A stretch of DNA of 64,000 nt, taken from positions 62,560,001-62,624,000 of the forward strand of contig NW_024704742.1 of the NCBI RefSeq assembly GCF_018977255.1, read 5' to 3'. Below, piece after piece: positions 50,191-61,325 of the stretch. This stretch comes from Callorhinchus milii (taxonomy: Eukaryota). Made by a program: the position numbers and the translations under genes. The stretch's first letter is position 1; every line of letters starts with the position of its first letter. Under the pieces are notes generated by a model. It did not search any database, had not been told where the DNA came from, and was given only the letters and a program-made list of their open reading frames with translations.

Positions 50191-51390
50191 CTGGGCCACT
50201 GGAAAAGTGCAGACATATTTGTAGCAAATTGCAAAGCCCTTTGCTGGCCTTGCAGGAAATTGCGGAGGGTTTTAAGTTTTGCGGGGAAATTACGGGGGTT
50301 GGTGCTATTGAGGTACATTCTACGGCTACATTTTTTCACTATACTGATAAAAAGTAAACAAGGAAATAACACATTGAAGCAAAAAAAAATTATTAATTGC
50401 TTCTTTAACAAAAACTATATGGCCATTTTTTTGGGGGGGTGGGGGAACACCAGCGAGGCTACACAAGCTCATCACCTCCTGCCTCTCAGGGCCAGCACCA
50501 CACTCAGACACACACTCACTGAGAGACCCAGATACAACCACCCACTCACAGCCCACCCACAGACAGAAACACAGAGAGAAACAGACAGACACATAGACAC
50601 AGACAGAGAGACACACCAACAACAAAATGACATTTGTAAGTTGCTTTTCACATTGGGAGGACATCCCAACGCGCTGGACAGACAGAGTTATTGACCCGAG
50701 CTGGGATTCGGGGTTGGGGAGGGTGGAGGGCAGTGGGTGGGGGGTTGGGGAAGCAGTGAGATCAAAAGCACGGTCGAAGGGGAGGGTCTTGAGATGGGTC
50801 TTGAAAGTGGCGAGGGAGAGGCAGAGGGACTGCAGAATGGAGTTCCAGAGTGTGGGGGCAGAATGGCAGAAGGCCGGACCGCCAATAGTGGGGTAAGCGA
50901 GGCAGGAGACGTGAAGCAGGCCAGAGCCCACTAAGTGGAGGGAGTGAGCGGGATGGTAGGGGGTTAGGAGGTTACAGAGGTAGAGGGGATTGAGGCCATG
51001 GAGGGCTTTGAAGGTGAGGACCAAGAGTTTGAACTATATGATGGGAAGCCAGTGGAGTTGGGCGAGGATGGGGGTGATAGGGTCATGGAGCAGACAGTCA
51101 CATAGAGACACAGACACATAGAGATTCACAGACAGACACATACAGAAACAGAGACACAAACAGTCACGCAGAAACACATTCCTAACAGCTGGGCCTCCAA
51201 GTGCAGCCCATTTGCCTCTTGCTCTGCTCTGCCCATGCGCGCCCAGAGCCGCTCCGCCCACAGTGACGTCAGGTAAACAGAGTGAGCAGCTCTCAGGCTA
51301 GAACTACATTTGTGGCGGGTTTGTAGTGGGCGAGAGCCACTGTGGCAGAAAATGCGGGAAAAGTGCAACGGCACTTTTCTATTGGCCCAG
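50191..51390. mobile_element. Unclassified non-autonomous TIR element containing a nested L2
   Basis: ctgggccactggaaaagtgc (50191-50210) versus gcacttttctattggcccag (51371-51390), an 18/20 inverted match. It interrupts an old CR1 and is flanked by a direct repeat of the target. Confidence 0.72.
50616..51091 (-). mobile_element. L2 3' fragment nested in the TIR element
   Basis: HDPITPILAQLHWLP, VLTFKALHGL and APTLWNS motifs. It interrupts the (CA/GA) tract of the host element. Confidence 0.9.
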
Positions 51391-51411
51391 ATCATAATCC
51401 ATTCCTCATGC

Positions 51412-51496
51412 AAAAGAAACCAACGGATAACTTGCAGCTGAAGTTTCAAAATCCTTTTTACCTCTGTCTCTGATGTCATCCACCAGAATGATTTCT
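51412..51496 (-). pseudogene. 85-bp duplicate of the GALNTL6 exon 3' end, donor site and intron start (source 52281-52362)
   Basis: 6 substitutions over 82 aligned nt plus one 3-nt indel. Encodes EIILVDDIRDR followed by G|gtaaaaagg. Confidence 0.9.
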
Positions 51497-52327
51497 CTCC
51501 TCTTCACTCGCTCTAGGCCTGAGCAGCCATCTTTTGTCTCACTGACCAGAACTGGAGGCAGTACTCTTGGTGCAGCCTGACCAGACCACTTGTGTGAGTT
51601 CAATCTGATGTCTGGCAATCAGAGCTCAACTGGTTTAGCAATATATGCCAGCCTCCTATTTGCCTTGTTTATTGCAATGGATTGCCACCAACCTTACTTA
51701 TATCAAATCACCACTTAGGGCAATGTTGAGTGTCATCTTGTCATCAAAATGCAGAGTTTGGGAATCCAGAACTCATGATCCTAAACCGTATGTTCTGTGT
51801 TTATAGCCATTAAGAGATACTAGACACATTGCTGTAAACCATTTACATGCACAATACAATACACATATATAAAACATATCTTGTGCAACACAGATTATCC
51901 AGGAATCAGTTATTTACAAAAGTGCAATACTGACCAAAGAAACACTGCTATCTTTCCCCATCAGAAGTTATCCATTTTGAATCTGTTGCAGCGATCTTGA
52001 TTACGTTTGGAAGAGTTTCTCAAATGTAGAAACTAAGCCAAGGCTATCCTGCTCGAATTACATTAACCACCAAAAATTAATCAAGTTTAAAAATGCCTTA
52101 TGTCAATTGCAACTTTCTGAATGGAATAATTTGAAGACTGAATTACAAATAATAAAATGCATTATATATGTTCTGCAAGACAAGAAATGCATACAGACCT
52201 GAAGGCTCTCCAAATACAATGCAAATCAGATTGATTGAACAGAAATACAATCTGAATCATTTCTATCTGTAGAGAAATGGAAAATAAACCAACGGACTTA
52301 CAGCTGAAGTTTCAAGATCCTTTTTAC

Positions 52328-52494
52328 CTCTATCACTGAAGTCATCCACCAGAATGATTTCTGCTATTAACTCATCCGGAGAGCGATTGATAACACTGTG
52401 CACAGTCCGCAGGAGCGAAGACCAGCCTTCATTGTGGAAAGGGATGATGATACTGGTGTTTGGCAACTTTTCCAAATACATTTTGTGTTTACAG
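52328..52494 (-). CDS. GALNTL6: GALNTL6 internal coding exon (167 bp), start of the GT-A catalytic domain
   Basis: tgtgttctgtttccag|C TGT AAA CAC AAA ATG...GAC TTC AGT GAT AGA G|gtaaaaa, giving (N)[55 protein letters not shown]. It contains the ppGalNAc-T motifs [16 protein letters not shown] and EIILVDD. AA from the upstream exon plus C gives AAC (Asn), so the phases join. Confidence 0.95.
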
Positions 52495-52737
52495 CTGGAA
52501 ACAGAACACAGGTTGTGAAAGAATGAGGCACAATCTGTTACTCGAACTGACGAGTTTTACAATTTCTTTGAGGAATAATTAATATGATGATAATGCAGCA
52601 AAGGCCAATCTATCAATTGGCAAGTTTTTGTACAGACAGTTTGTTCTTTGTTTAAAACATTTTGAACACTTTGTTGCCCTGCTGTTGAAATGTAACCCTA
52701 TATTGCATACCTAACACTAACTACAGACTCCCATCAT

Positions 52738-53108
52738 CGAGTCCTGTATCACATTGGTTACAGAATTTGCCTTGCAAGCAAGAGGACCCAGGTTCGATTC
52801 GATTCCTGGGCAGGGCAAAACCGTAGGCAAGTTTCCTTATTCCACACGTTACTGTTTACCTAGCCATAAGTAGGAACCCGGTTGCTAGTCATTTAGCAGA
52901 TTGCTTTTCTGGGGGCTAATGAAAAAAAAATAATAATAATGTAGTTACTCAATCCTTGACTGTTTGTAGGACACTGCTGTGCGCAATTGGCTGTCGTGTG
53001 TTTTGCCTGCAAAATATAGTCAATTCACTTTGCAGTATATTCTGTGAAATCATCTCAACGATATGATAAGGAGTTGTATAAAATGCAAGGATTGTTATTA
53101 TTATTATT
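52738..53108 (+). mobile_element. SINE family A, long subfamily, full length
   Basis: gagtcctgtatcacattggttacag...ggttcgattc...aaatgcaaggattgttattatt. Confidence 0.85.
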
Positions 53109-53275
53109 AACACAACATTTTATCAATTTGCACATATTTTGTGAGGTATAATGGGGTATTATTAGATATTAATGCCTAATAATTATATAAAGGAATCAGA
53201 CCTTATCACCAAACAAAATGACTGCAATAAACACATTGAATTAATACAGTATTTTGCTAAGAGGATGATGCTAAA

Positions 53276-53373
53276 AGAGATAGGGTGGGGCGAGGCCATG
53301 GAGGGCTTTGTAGATGATATAAATGAATACAGTGATGGGGGTATGCTGCAGTTGGATGTGCCGTCCTTTAGAA
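53276..53373 (+). repeat. 98-bp direct copy of the L2/SINE junction at 56444-56540
   Basis: Differs from the source by 3 substitutions and one 1-nt indel. Confidence 0.92.
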
Positions 53374-54649
53374 AAGTGGTTTCATCTTTTTTTCCTAAAA
53401 AGAAAAAAACAAAGGTTTCCTCATGATTCTTTACCAGAGTTATTTGCTCATTGTTCCTCTGAACCCTCCTATGCTTCAAATACATCACCCCATGCACTCT
53501 TCTCCCTTTCCATCACCTTACTTTCTTGCACTGTCTCCTCCCTTTATCTCATTCTTTCTCAGGATCCAGGATAAGGAGATAGAATTTAGCTGGGGGTTTT
53601 CTACTTCCTTAGCCCCGTCAGTCTTCTCTTCCTCACAAATCACAAGATTGGTTCAAGTGACAAAGGCCCTTTGGCCAATCCTGAGGAATACTTACCATCC
53701 CATCACAACACTTATTCGATTCATTGATTATTTTTTGAGTGAAGAAAACATGTTTTTCCTGAAATTACCGTTGAAGCTCCAAACCACTGTCCTCTTGTTC
53801 TACTGCCCTGGTGCATCCTAACTCCTACAATTCACAGGCTTCACAAGCTTGGCAACACCTAAACATTCCTGCCTCATTTACTCTGTTCCTCTTTTCAACT
53901 TTAGTGGTGTACTGCACTATGGGCTTTAGCCCTTCATGGAGGTGCTTCATAAAAATATATTATCAAGACATCCACATGAGGGGTTGATCTTGACAGAATT
54001 GCCACATATTTGTGTATCTAGTGTACCAAAATCAATACCTCTGCTCCTGAAATTGTGGTAGGTCACAGGTGTTAATAAAACAAAATAAACTATTTTCAAA
54101 GGCCAAATAACATGCAATTTATTTTTGCTTCTTTCGTTTTTCCTCTCAATCCTCTTTTGTTTGCTCCAGTGTTGACTATTCCAGTGCTAATCTTCCCTTT
54201 CGCCAAAATAATTGCTGAAAAAAATTGCAAGTAATACAATCCGCTCGTTCTATTTTCATTCTGAATTACATTCCTGCTTTCCACCATGTCGAAAAGGCAC
54301 GTATTCAAGAGGTTTTTAAAGATAGATAGAGAGGCAGAGGGATACATAAGAGAATTTCTCCATATGAAAGCACATCCTCTGTGCTCTTACTCATCCCCTC
54401 ATCTTCCCCTTCTATTGTGAAAACACGAACAACAAGCTAAACTAATTTGATGCTGCACCAACAAGGACAGTTTAAACTGCTGGATACAGATAGCGACAAT
54501 GAATAGCATCAAGAACTGCAGCTCCGATGCAACTTATTGATCAGGTTGAACTGGTTCAAATCCTGGCCCATGCCCTATGCAGGGGATGTCATCTTTGTAG
54601 AATGGGCGTGGTGGGGTGAGGTCATCGATGGTCGAGCTTTCAGCTTATC

Positions 54650-54890
54650 TGCCCCCACCCTCTGAAATTCCATCTTTTGCCACTTCCTTTGCCTTGTTCA
54701 AAGTCTGTCTCCAGACCCTCATCTTTAACTGCACCTTTGGTCATCTCCCCCACTCCCCCCCCTCTACGAATCCCCCATGGTGCCCCCTCCTGAATCCAAC
54801 CCCCAGCTCAGGTGCAAATGCTTGACTATCCAGCACCTTAGAAGGTCCTCCCGATGTGAAAGGTGCTATATAAATGCAATTTGTTGTGTT
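54650..54890 (+). mobile_element. L2 3' end
   Basis: FKVCLQTLIFNCTF plus cagcaccttagaaggtcctcccgatgtgaaaggtgct and a ttgttg tail. Confidence 0.8.
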
Positions 54891-55599
54891 GATGCTGGGG
54901 AGCCTACTATCTTAAAATCAATAATAAAATAATGTAGTGATTGTAGATAGAAAAATGTAGATCATCTAACTCACTCCTATAATCATAGTCTCTATTATCT
55001 TCATCAGCACATATTCCACATACTGGATTACATTAGAAACATATTAGATCATTTATTTCTTAAATAAAAGTTATGAACAATAGTAACCTTGCATTTGATA
55101 CAGTATCTTGTCACGTCATTAAGACATCTCAAAGAGGTTCACAGGATTTATTATGAAGTGCAGTGACTGTATTTGTAGGCAAACGCAGAAGCCAATTTGC
55201 ACACAGGAATGGCCCTCAAACAGTCATAAAGTAAGTAACCAATTTTATCCAAGCGGATTGTTAGCCAGGACACCAGGAAAAACATCCTTCTCTTTTCGAA
55301 TAGTGCCAATCAATCATAACATTTACTTGAAAAGGCAGCTGGGAGATTGGTCTATGTCTCATCCAAACGACAGCATAGTAACAGCATGGTGGTCTCCCAA
55401 CACTGAGTTGGAATGTCAGCTTAGATTGCAAGTTACACTTGCTGTTTGTTTGTGGCAGTCTCACTTTCCTATGCTTTTTCCTCATTTCTGCTCGGTATGT
55501 CAAATCAATTTATCATTAGCAGGTGGAATAAAGTTTGCAAATCGACCTTAACTCAGAAGTACAGAGTTTNAAAAAAAAACCTGAAAATCTTTAATTGTG

Positions 55600-55900
55600 C
55601 AGCGCTTTCACATCGGGAGGACATCCCAACGAGCTGGACATTCAGGGATTTGGACCCGAGCAGGGCGTTGGGGTCAGGGATGGTGGAGGGCAGGGAGGGT
55701 AGAGGTGGGTGGGTGGCCAAATGCATAGTTGAAGAGGAGGGTCTTGAGACGTGTTTGAAGGAGACACTGGAGGGAGAAAGATGAAAGGACTGTGGGATAG
55801 AGTTCCAAAGGGTGGGGGCAGGGAGGCTGAAGGCCCGATCGCCAATGGTGGGGAGGGCGGGGGATGTGGAACAGGCCGGAGCCTGCTGAGCAATGGGAGC
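55600..55900 (-). mobile_element. L2 3' fragment
   Basis: GDRAFSLPAPTLWNSIP plus the L2 3' stem-loop. Confidence 0.85.
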
Positions 55901-55980
55901 GGACAGGTTAATATGGGTACAATGAGGTAGTACAGCTGGGGATTCAATGTGTCCAGTGGAGTATTTCACTTATTCTTATG

Positions 55981-56808
55981 TGTCAGCCTGGATCAGTTGG
56001 TAGCATTCTTGCCTCTGAGTCACAAAGTTACAAATTCAAGCTGCAGGTCAGAGGTTTGAACGTGGTCAGCTGACATTCCAATACAACAAAAACAACAACA
56101 AGATTACATTTGTATGGCGCCTTTCACGTTTGGAGGACGTCCCAAGCCGCTGGACAGTGTACAGCAGTTCAGACCCGAGCTGCGGTTGGGGTGGGGGAAG
56201 GGAGGGAAGTGGAAGGGGGGTGGCAGATAGCATGGTCAAAGAGGAGGGTCTTGAGGCGGGACTTGAAGGAGGCTAAGGAGGGGGTGAGACGGAGTGACTA
56301 GGGGATGGAATTCCAGAGGTTGGGGGCAGAGTGGCTGAAGGCTCTCCCGCCAATGGTGGGGCGGGTGGGTCGGGGGACGTGGAGCAGGCCAGAGCCGGCT
56401 GAGCGGATGGAGCGGGTGGGTTGGTAGGGGGTTAGGAGGTCACAGAGATAGGGTGGGGCGAGGCCATGGAGGGCTTTGTAGATGATATAAATGAATACAG
56501 TGTTGGGATATGCTGCAGTTGGATGTGCCATCCTTTAGAACAGATGTTAAACCCAGGTCCTCTCTGCCTGTTCAGCTGGATGTTAAAGAAGCCATGGCAC
56601 TATTTGAAAAGTGAAGGGAATTTCTCCTGCTGTCCTGGGCAATTCCCCAGATAAAATTAGTCATTCACTTCATGGCTGTTTGGGAAACAATGCTATGTGC
56701 AAATTGGCTGCCATGTTCGCCTACAAAATGCAGTCACTATACTTTGCTGTAAATCCTGTACAACATCCTCCTAACTTGAAAGGCACTGTATAAAATGCAA
56801 GGATTATT
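55981..56808 (+). mobile_element. SINE family B interrupted by L2
   Basis: Head at 55981-56084; body, core and tail at 56494-56808. Confidence 0.85.
56085..56493 (-). mobile_element. L2 3' fragment inserted into SINE 55981-56808, with 6-bp TSD aataca
   Basis: YKALHGLAPPYL...GGRAFSHSAPNLWNSIP. aataca flanks both ends and the SINE sequence resumes afterwards. Confidence 0.88.
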
Positions 56809-57934
56809 TATACCACCAATATTCTTCCCAAACAGATTTACTGTATTTATTTCAGCACTGGTTTCTGTTACTGCTGTGTGCAATTGGCTGCCAGGTTTCG
56901 CCCACAAAATGCACAGTCAAAATATACACTTTACAATATATTCTGTGAAGCTCTTTGAGACATCTCAATGACATGATAAGGCGTGAAATCAAATGCAAAG
57001 ATTGTTATTATTATTACTTTTGATGAGAATCTTACATATCCACTACCTTCTAATGTAAAATACTCTGCTAAGGAAAATATCTCTTGTTGTGTAAGTTTTA
57101 CAGTGGGGATTTTCTGCATTCTCATTTTGTTCCTGAGCTCCAAAGCAGGTGATAATAAAATGATAATGTCAAGGCTGTGCAACAGATTTCAGCAAGAAGT
57201 CAACTTTCAGGCTAATAATTGATCACCTCCCAACTGTGCAGCACAGAAGAATTCCTATTTTTTTTCCAGGCTAATTTCACAAACCTGTCAAGAAGCAGCA
57301 AAAATTACTGGTTATCACTGCTTCATCGAACCAGAACGACAAGGCTACATTAGAGTGGGAATGGTGTATGACTGAAACTGAAGCTGTAAATTCAATGCAC
57401 TGACACCTCGAGACAATTACTATGTAAATTGTTGCCGAGAGTTTTCACTTTGGCATTTTCTAAACCTCAAGTTGTCACTCGTTGGATGACAAGTGGGCAT
57501 TGTATTCCTAGCAACCGAGAAACTGCAAAAGGTCTCAATGGATGCACCACTTAACATTGCTACGGTGACAAGAAAATAATCTAAGCTATTTCTTTTATTT
57601 TAAAAAAAATCAATAATTTTTCTCAATTTTTTTTCAATATATATATATTTTCACAGCGTGGGCAATATCTATTGGTGACTTGTACATTCACCTGCATTTC
57701 CAAATTAACACCGGAGAATGTTTGCATTGAGCGTCCACTTGTCTGTCTTGTCAATTATCAGCTCCCTCCCCAAACTCCAAAGGTTCTCATTCATCCGCTT
57801 TATCTCTGTTTTGATGGTTGCAATTACTCTTCAGGGCATTGAGCAGTAATATGTTTCAAGTTACATAAATTGTCTATCCAGTGAGGTTTAGAAGTCAGGT
57901 GCGGAGATATCATTCTCCCAAATAATAATCTTTC

Positions 57935-58757
57935 CTTTCATGTGAAGAAGGATATCCCAAAGTGTTTCACAGGATTTACTGTGAAGTGGATTGATTATGT
58001 ATTTGTAGGCAATCGCAATAGCGACTTTGCGAACAGCAATACCCAGAACAGCTATAACAGTGAATGACCAAATTTTATTTGAGTGGATTGTTGACATTCC
58101 CTTCTCTTTTCAAATGATGCCATGGGATCATTAATGTCCACCTGAGCCGGCAAACAGGACTTTGGTTTAACATCTCATCCAAATATCAGCACTTCCAACA
58201 ATGCAAATGGAGTGACTGTTGGGTTCTTTACTGTCTACCTGCTCCGATGGTCAGTTAAGATCTCAGCACTGAAATGGAATGTCAGCTTAGACTAATATGA
58301 GTTCAAGTCCTGACGTGGGGCTTGACTACACAAGCTTCAGACTCAGATGGGAGAGTGCTACGTGCAATTACATGCAATCAGCCTGACTCAGTAGCACTCT
58401 CAGCTCTGAATCAGTAGGTCGTGGGTTCAAGCGAAATGTCAGGATATTCTGTTGCAGCTTTGCAACATGTGCTGCATTGTTGGAGGTCCCATCCTACAGA
58501 CGAGCCATCAAACCTCGTCCGCCTGTTCCGGTGGACAGTAAAGATCCCATGGTAAAAGAGAAGGGAGTTTCTCTCAGCATCCACACCAACAATCCACCTA
58601 AATTAAAATTTGTCATGACTGTTTGTGGGGCTCTGCAAATTGACTGCAATGTTTGCATACAAAATACAGTCATTAACTTTACAGTAAATCCTGTGAAGTA
58701 CTTTGAGACGTCATCCTGATGTCACTGAAAAGCACTTTTCAAATGCAAGATTATTAT
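57935..58757. mobile_element. Head-to-head pair of SINE-B copies (57935-58345 -, 58378-58757 +)
   Basis: Two diverged copies in inverted orientation about 30 bp apart. Confidence 0.78.
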
Positions 58758-60024
58758 GCATGAGTTATAAACTTTGATCAACACTAGAGTCATCCTCTGT
58801 GGATGAGAAACTTCTAGTAGGCTGTACACATCCTGAAGACTTGTATCTGTCCCTGGTTGAACACGCAGGATCAGGTGGTTACTCATGTTGAAGGTGGGGG
58901 TGTGGGGGTGAGTGGGTGGAGGGGAGAGAGGTGTAATGCATGTAAAATACAAATAATATTCCTTTCATTTGACATAGCGCGTTTCACATTGGGAGGAAGT
59001 CCCAAAGAGCTTCACAGAATTGACTGTAATGTGTGGTGACTGTGTATTTTGTAGGCAAGCATACTGTGTATAACATTTAAAGTAAATGGATCAGAGATTA
59101 TTTTTTGTCAACTACAAAGTAAAACATCTCTACTCTATTAAATTGTTTGCACCTTCATTTTATTTTCACTAGCAATTATGAAACATCCCATTAAACTCAG
59201 AAAGAGTCAGGTTTTAGACCAGCCTTTGTCCTACTCACAGAGATTTCTCCAGAGTTATTATGTAGTGATAATGTACTCCAACTACTGAGCTGGCTTTGTG
59301 GGAGTTGAACCGTCCATAAAATATAATAGCACTGCTCAGTGAGCACGCCAACCTTTTGGAACACTTGTAAGTTTAATTTTATGATGTATAGAATTGTGCA
59401 GTGGGAGCAAGCAGGACAACCTGGGGCCCCATCTCTCACTGTGGAGAACCTGCAAGAGAGGAAAGTAGAACCAGGCAGCTGTCAAGGGCCTGAATTTACA
59501 ATCCAATGACATGACTGAGAAACAATGGATTGAAATATTAAAATTAGGCATGGGGTAGTTGGGGAGCTGCACATTGTACTGATGTATCTGTGAAGTCTGT
59601 TCTAAAAATGAGCTTGTTATAGAAATGTGTCTTATCTAAATGTTTCAACATATTGTCAAAATCTAAGAATGAGGGCATCTCTACAGCAAGACTTATAAAG
59701 ACTGTGACCTTGGCAAGTCCACGTAGTTGGTGGCCCACCCCACAGTCTACAAAATATTGCTGCTTCCCCCTAGCCCCCTCCACCCCACCTGATGACAAGG
59801 ATAGAGAGGGGAGTTTCTCCCAGTGTCGTGGCCAACAATTTTCCGAAATAAAAAAAAAATTCACTTCTTAGCTGTTTGTGGAACTTTGTAGTGCGCAATT
59901 TGACTGCCTTGTTTCCCCTCCAAACCCACAGTCACCGCATTTTATAGGAAGTGATGAAAGCATAACCTGTGAAGCCGTAACTCAGAAGATAATAGTCTTT
60001 TGCAACACTGAATTTTTACTGCTT

Positions 60025-60392
60025 ATAATAACAATAATAAGAATAATCCTTGCATTTTATATAGCACCTTATCACACTGTTGAGACGTCTCAAAGCGCAT
60101 CACAGAACAGATTGGAAAGCCTGTGTATGTGGACGAAACTCGGCAGCCAGTTGCACACAGCAATGTCCCACAATCAACCGTTGATTGAGTGACCACATTT
60201 TTTAGGGGGAGGGATTATTACTCCGAAAAGTGAATCACCAATGGACTAACAAGTGGGTTCCTACTTACCGATAGATAAACAGAGGAGTGTGGAATAAGGA
60301 AACTTGCCTAAGGTTTGGTGCTGTCCAGGAACCAAACCCAGGTCCTCTCGCTTGCGAGGCGAATGCGTTAACCACTATTCTATGGGACTCAC
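60025..60392 (-). mobile_element. SINE family A, long subfamily
   Basis: Head, internal module, core and tail on the minus strand. Confidence 0.82.
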
Positions 60393-60604
60393 AATGCAGC
60401 CAGTAAGTGTACATGCAGTGATGGGTCAAAACTACTTTTTCTGTGAATGAACTATTCAACTGATGGTATTATTGCCTGTAGAAATGGGGAGCAAATATCT
60501 TTGCACCCTTTATAATTTGGCTGAAGCCAATCTTTGCATTGTATCTTTAGGCGAAAGTCAATTACCTCCACCTGCTTAAGGTAACACTGCCAGCCTGTAT
60601 CATG

Positions 60605-60930
60605 ATAATAATAATAATAATAATAATCCTTGCATTTGATATAGCGCTTTTCACGTCGGGAGGACGTCCCAAAGTGCTTCACAGAACACACTGTAAAGTG
60701 AATTGACTGTATATTTGTGGGCGAACGCGGCAGCCAATTGCGCACAGCAATGTCCCACAAACAGTCGTAGATTGAAAATGACCAATTTATTATTGTTTTG
60801 TTTTTTGGATGGATTATTATTAGGCATGTGGAGTAAGGAAACTTGCCCAAGGTTTCGCCCTCTGCCTGGAATTGAACTCAGGTCTCTCACTTGCAAAGCG
60901 AGTGCTCTAACCACTGAGCTACAGGACTCC
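60605..60930 (-). mobile_element. SINE family A, young short subfamily
   Basis: Reverse complement of 32875-33192, sharing the cagagggcgaaacc diagnostic. Confidence 0.92.
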
Positions 60931-61186
60931 ACGATGGCATCATTGGGCAATGATCCGAAACGTGTGACAGACAATAATGAAAACGATGTTTTATCTTGAA
61001 TGCTGCTACTTAGAGGTTTCACCCCACAAGGTATAAAACTTAATACATGAGCCTTTTGAGTTGACAACTGTCCCCTTGTTACAATAGCACAGATATATCT
61101 GAGTCTGGAAGTCAGTGAACAGGAAACATAGGCGCAATTAACCCGGTAAGACAACTAGCAACTAGGACAATTTCATTTTCACTTAC

Positions 61187-61325
61187 TTTGAATGTCGAAT
61201 ATCTGGAAGCGCACGATCTACAGCAATGTTGTTGCTCACGTAAATGTTGAAGCCATTTTCCCTGTATGCTGAATCAGCTTGATCTTCATCTGTCAGTGGA
61301 TATGGCTTTCCATGTTCACCAATTC
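61187..61325 (-). CDS. GALNTL6: GALNTL6 internal coding exon (139 bp)
   Basis: Read manually on the minus strand: ctctttattacag|GA ATT GGT GAA CAT GGA AAG CCA TAT...ATT CGA CAT TCA AA|gtaagt, giving (G)[45 protein letters not shown](N). This matches the GALNTL6 stem-region exon, and the [16 protein letters not shown] motifs favour GALNTL6 over GALNT10. Not in the ORF track. Confidence 0.93.

Larger units (their letters stand above)
49995..51720 (-). mobile_element. Old CR1 ORF2 C-terminal fragment, split by a TIR element and a templated insert
   Basis: 51497-51720 reads AINKANRRLAYIAKPVE...LVRLHQEYCLQFWS...LERVKRR. 49995-50190 continues with the SYEERL...LxRR...RTRG-like segment of the same family seen at 25090-25330 and 38960-39900. 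Confidence 0.75.
1..52327 (-). other. GALNTL6: Very large GALNTL6 intron (>52 kb, continues beyond the window)
   Basis: Donor gtaaaaa at 52327. I found no next exon (expected to contain KREGLIR and FLDSHCE) in 1-52327. GALNTL6 is known for very large introns. Confidence 0.7.
52495..61186 (-). other. GALNTL6: GALNTL6 GT-AG intron (8692 bp, phase 2)
   Basis: Donor gtaagt at 61186 and polypyrimidine tract plus cag at 52495; the flanking exons join in frame. Confidence 0.88.

Noticed and set aside
50110..51024. Longest ORFs in the track (194 aa and 232 aa)
   Set aside because: Chance read-through across CR1, TIR-element, microsatellite and L2 pieces, with no coherent protein.
51406..51618. ORF beginning LPDIR (as at the end of the upstream GALNTL6 exon) and containing EIILVDD, suggesting a mutually exclusive exon or retrocopy
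   Set aside because: The LPDIR codons (TTG CCA GAC ATC AGA) differ from the real exon (CTT CCA GAT ATT CGA) and lie in register within a CR1 ORF2 remnant (KANR.L.YI...LVR.H.EYC.QFWS). Only 51412-51496 is GALNTL6-derived.
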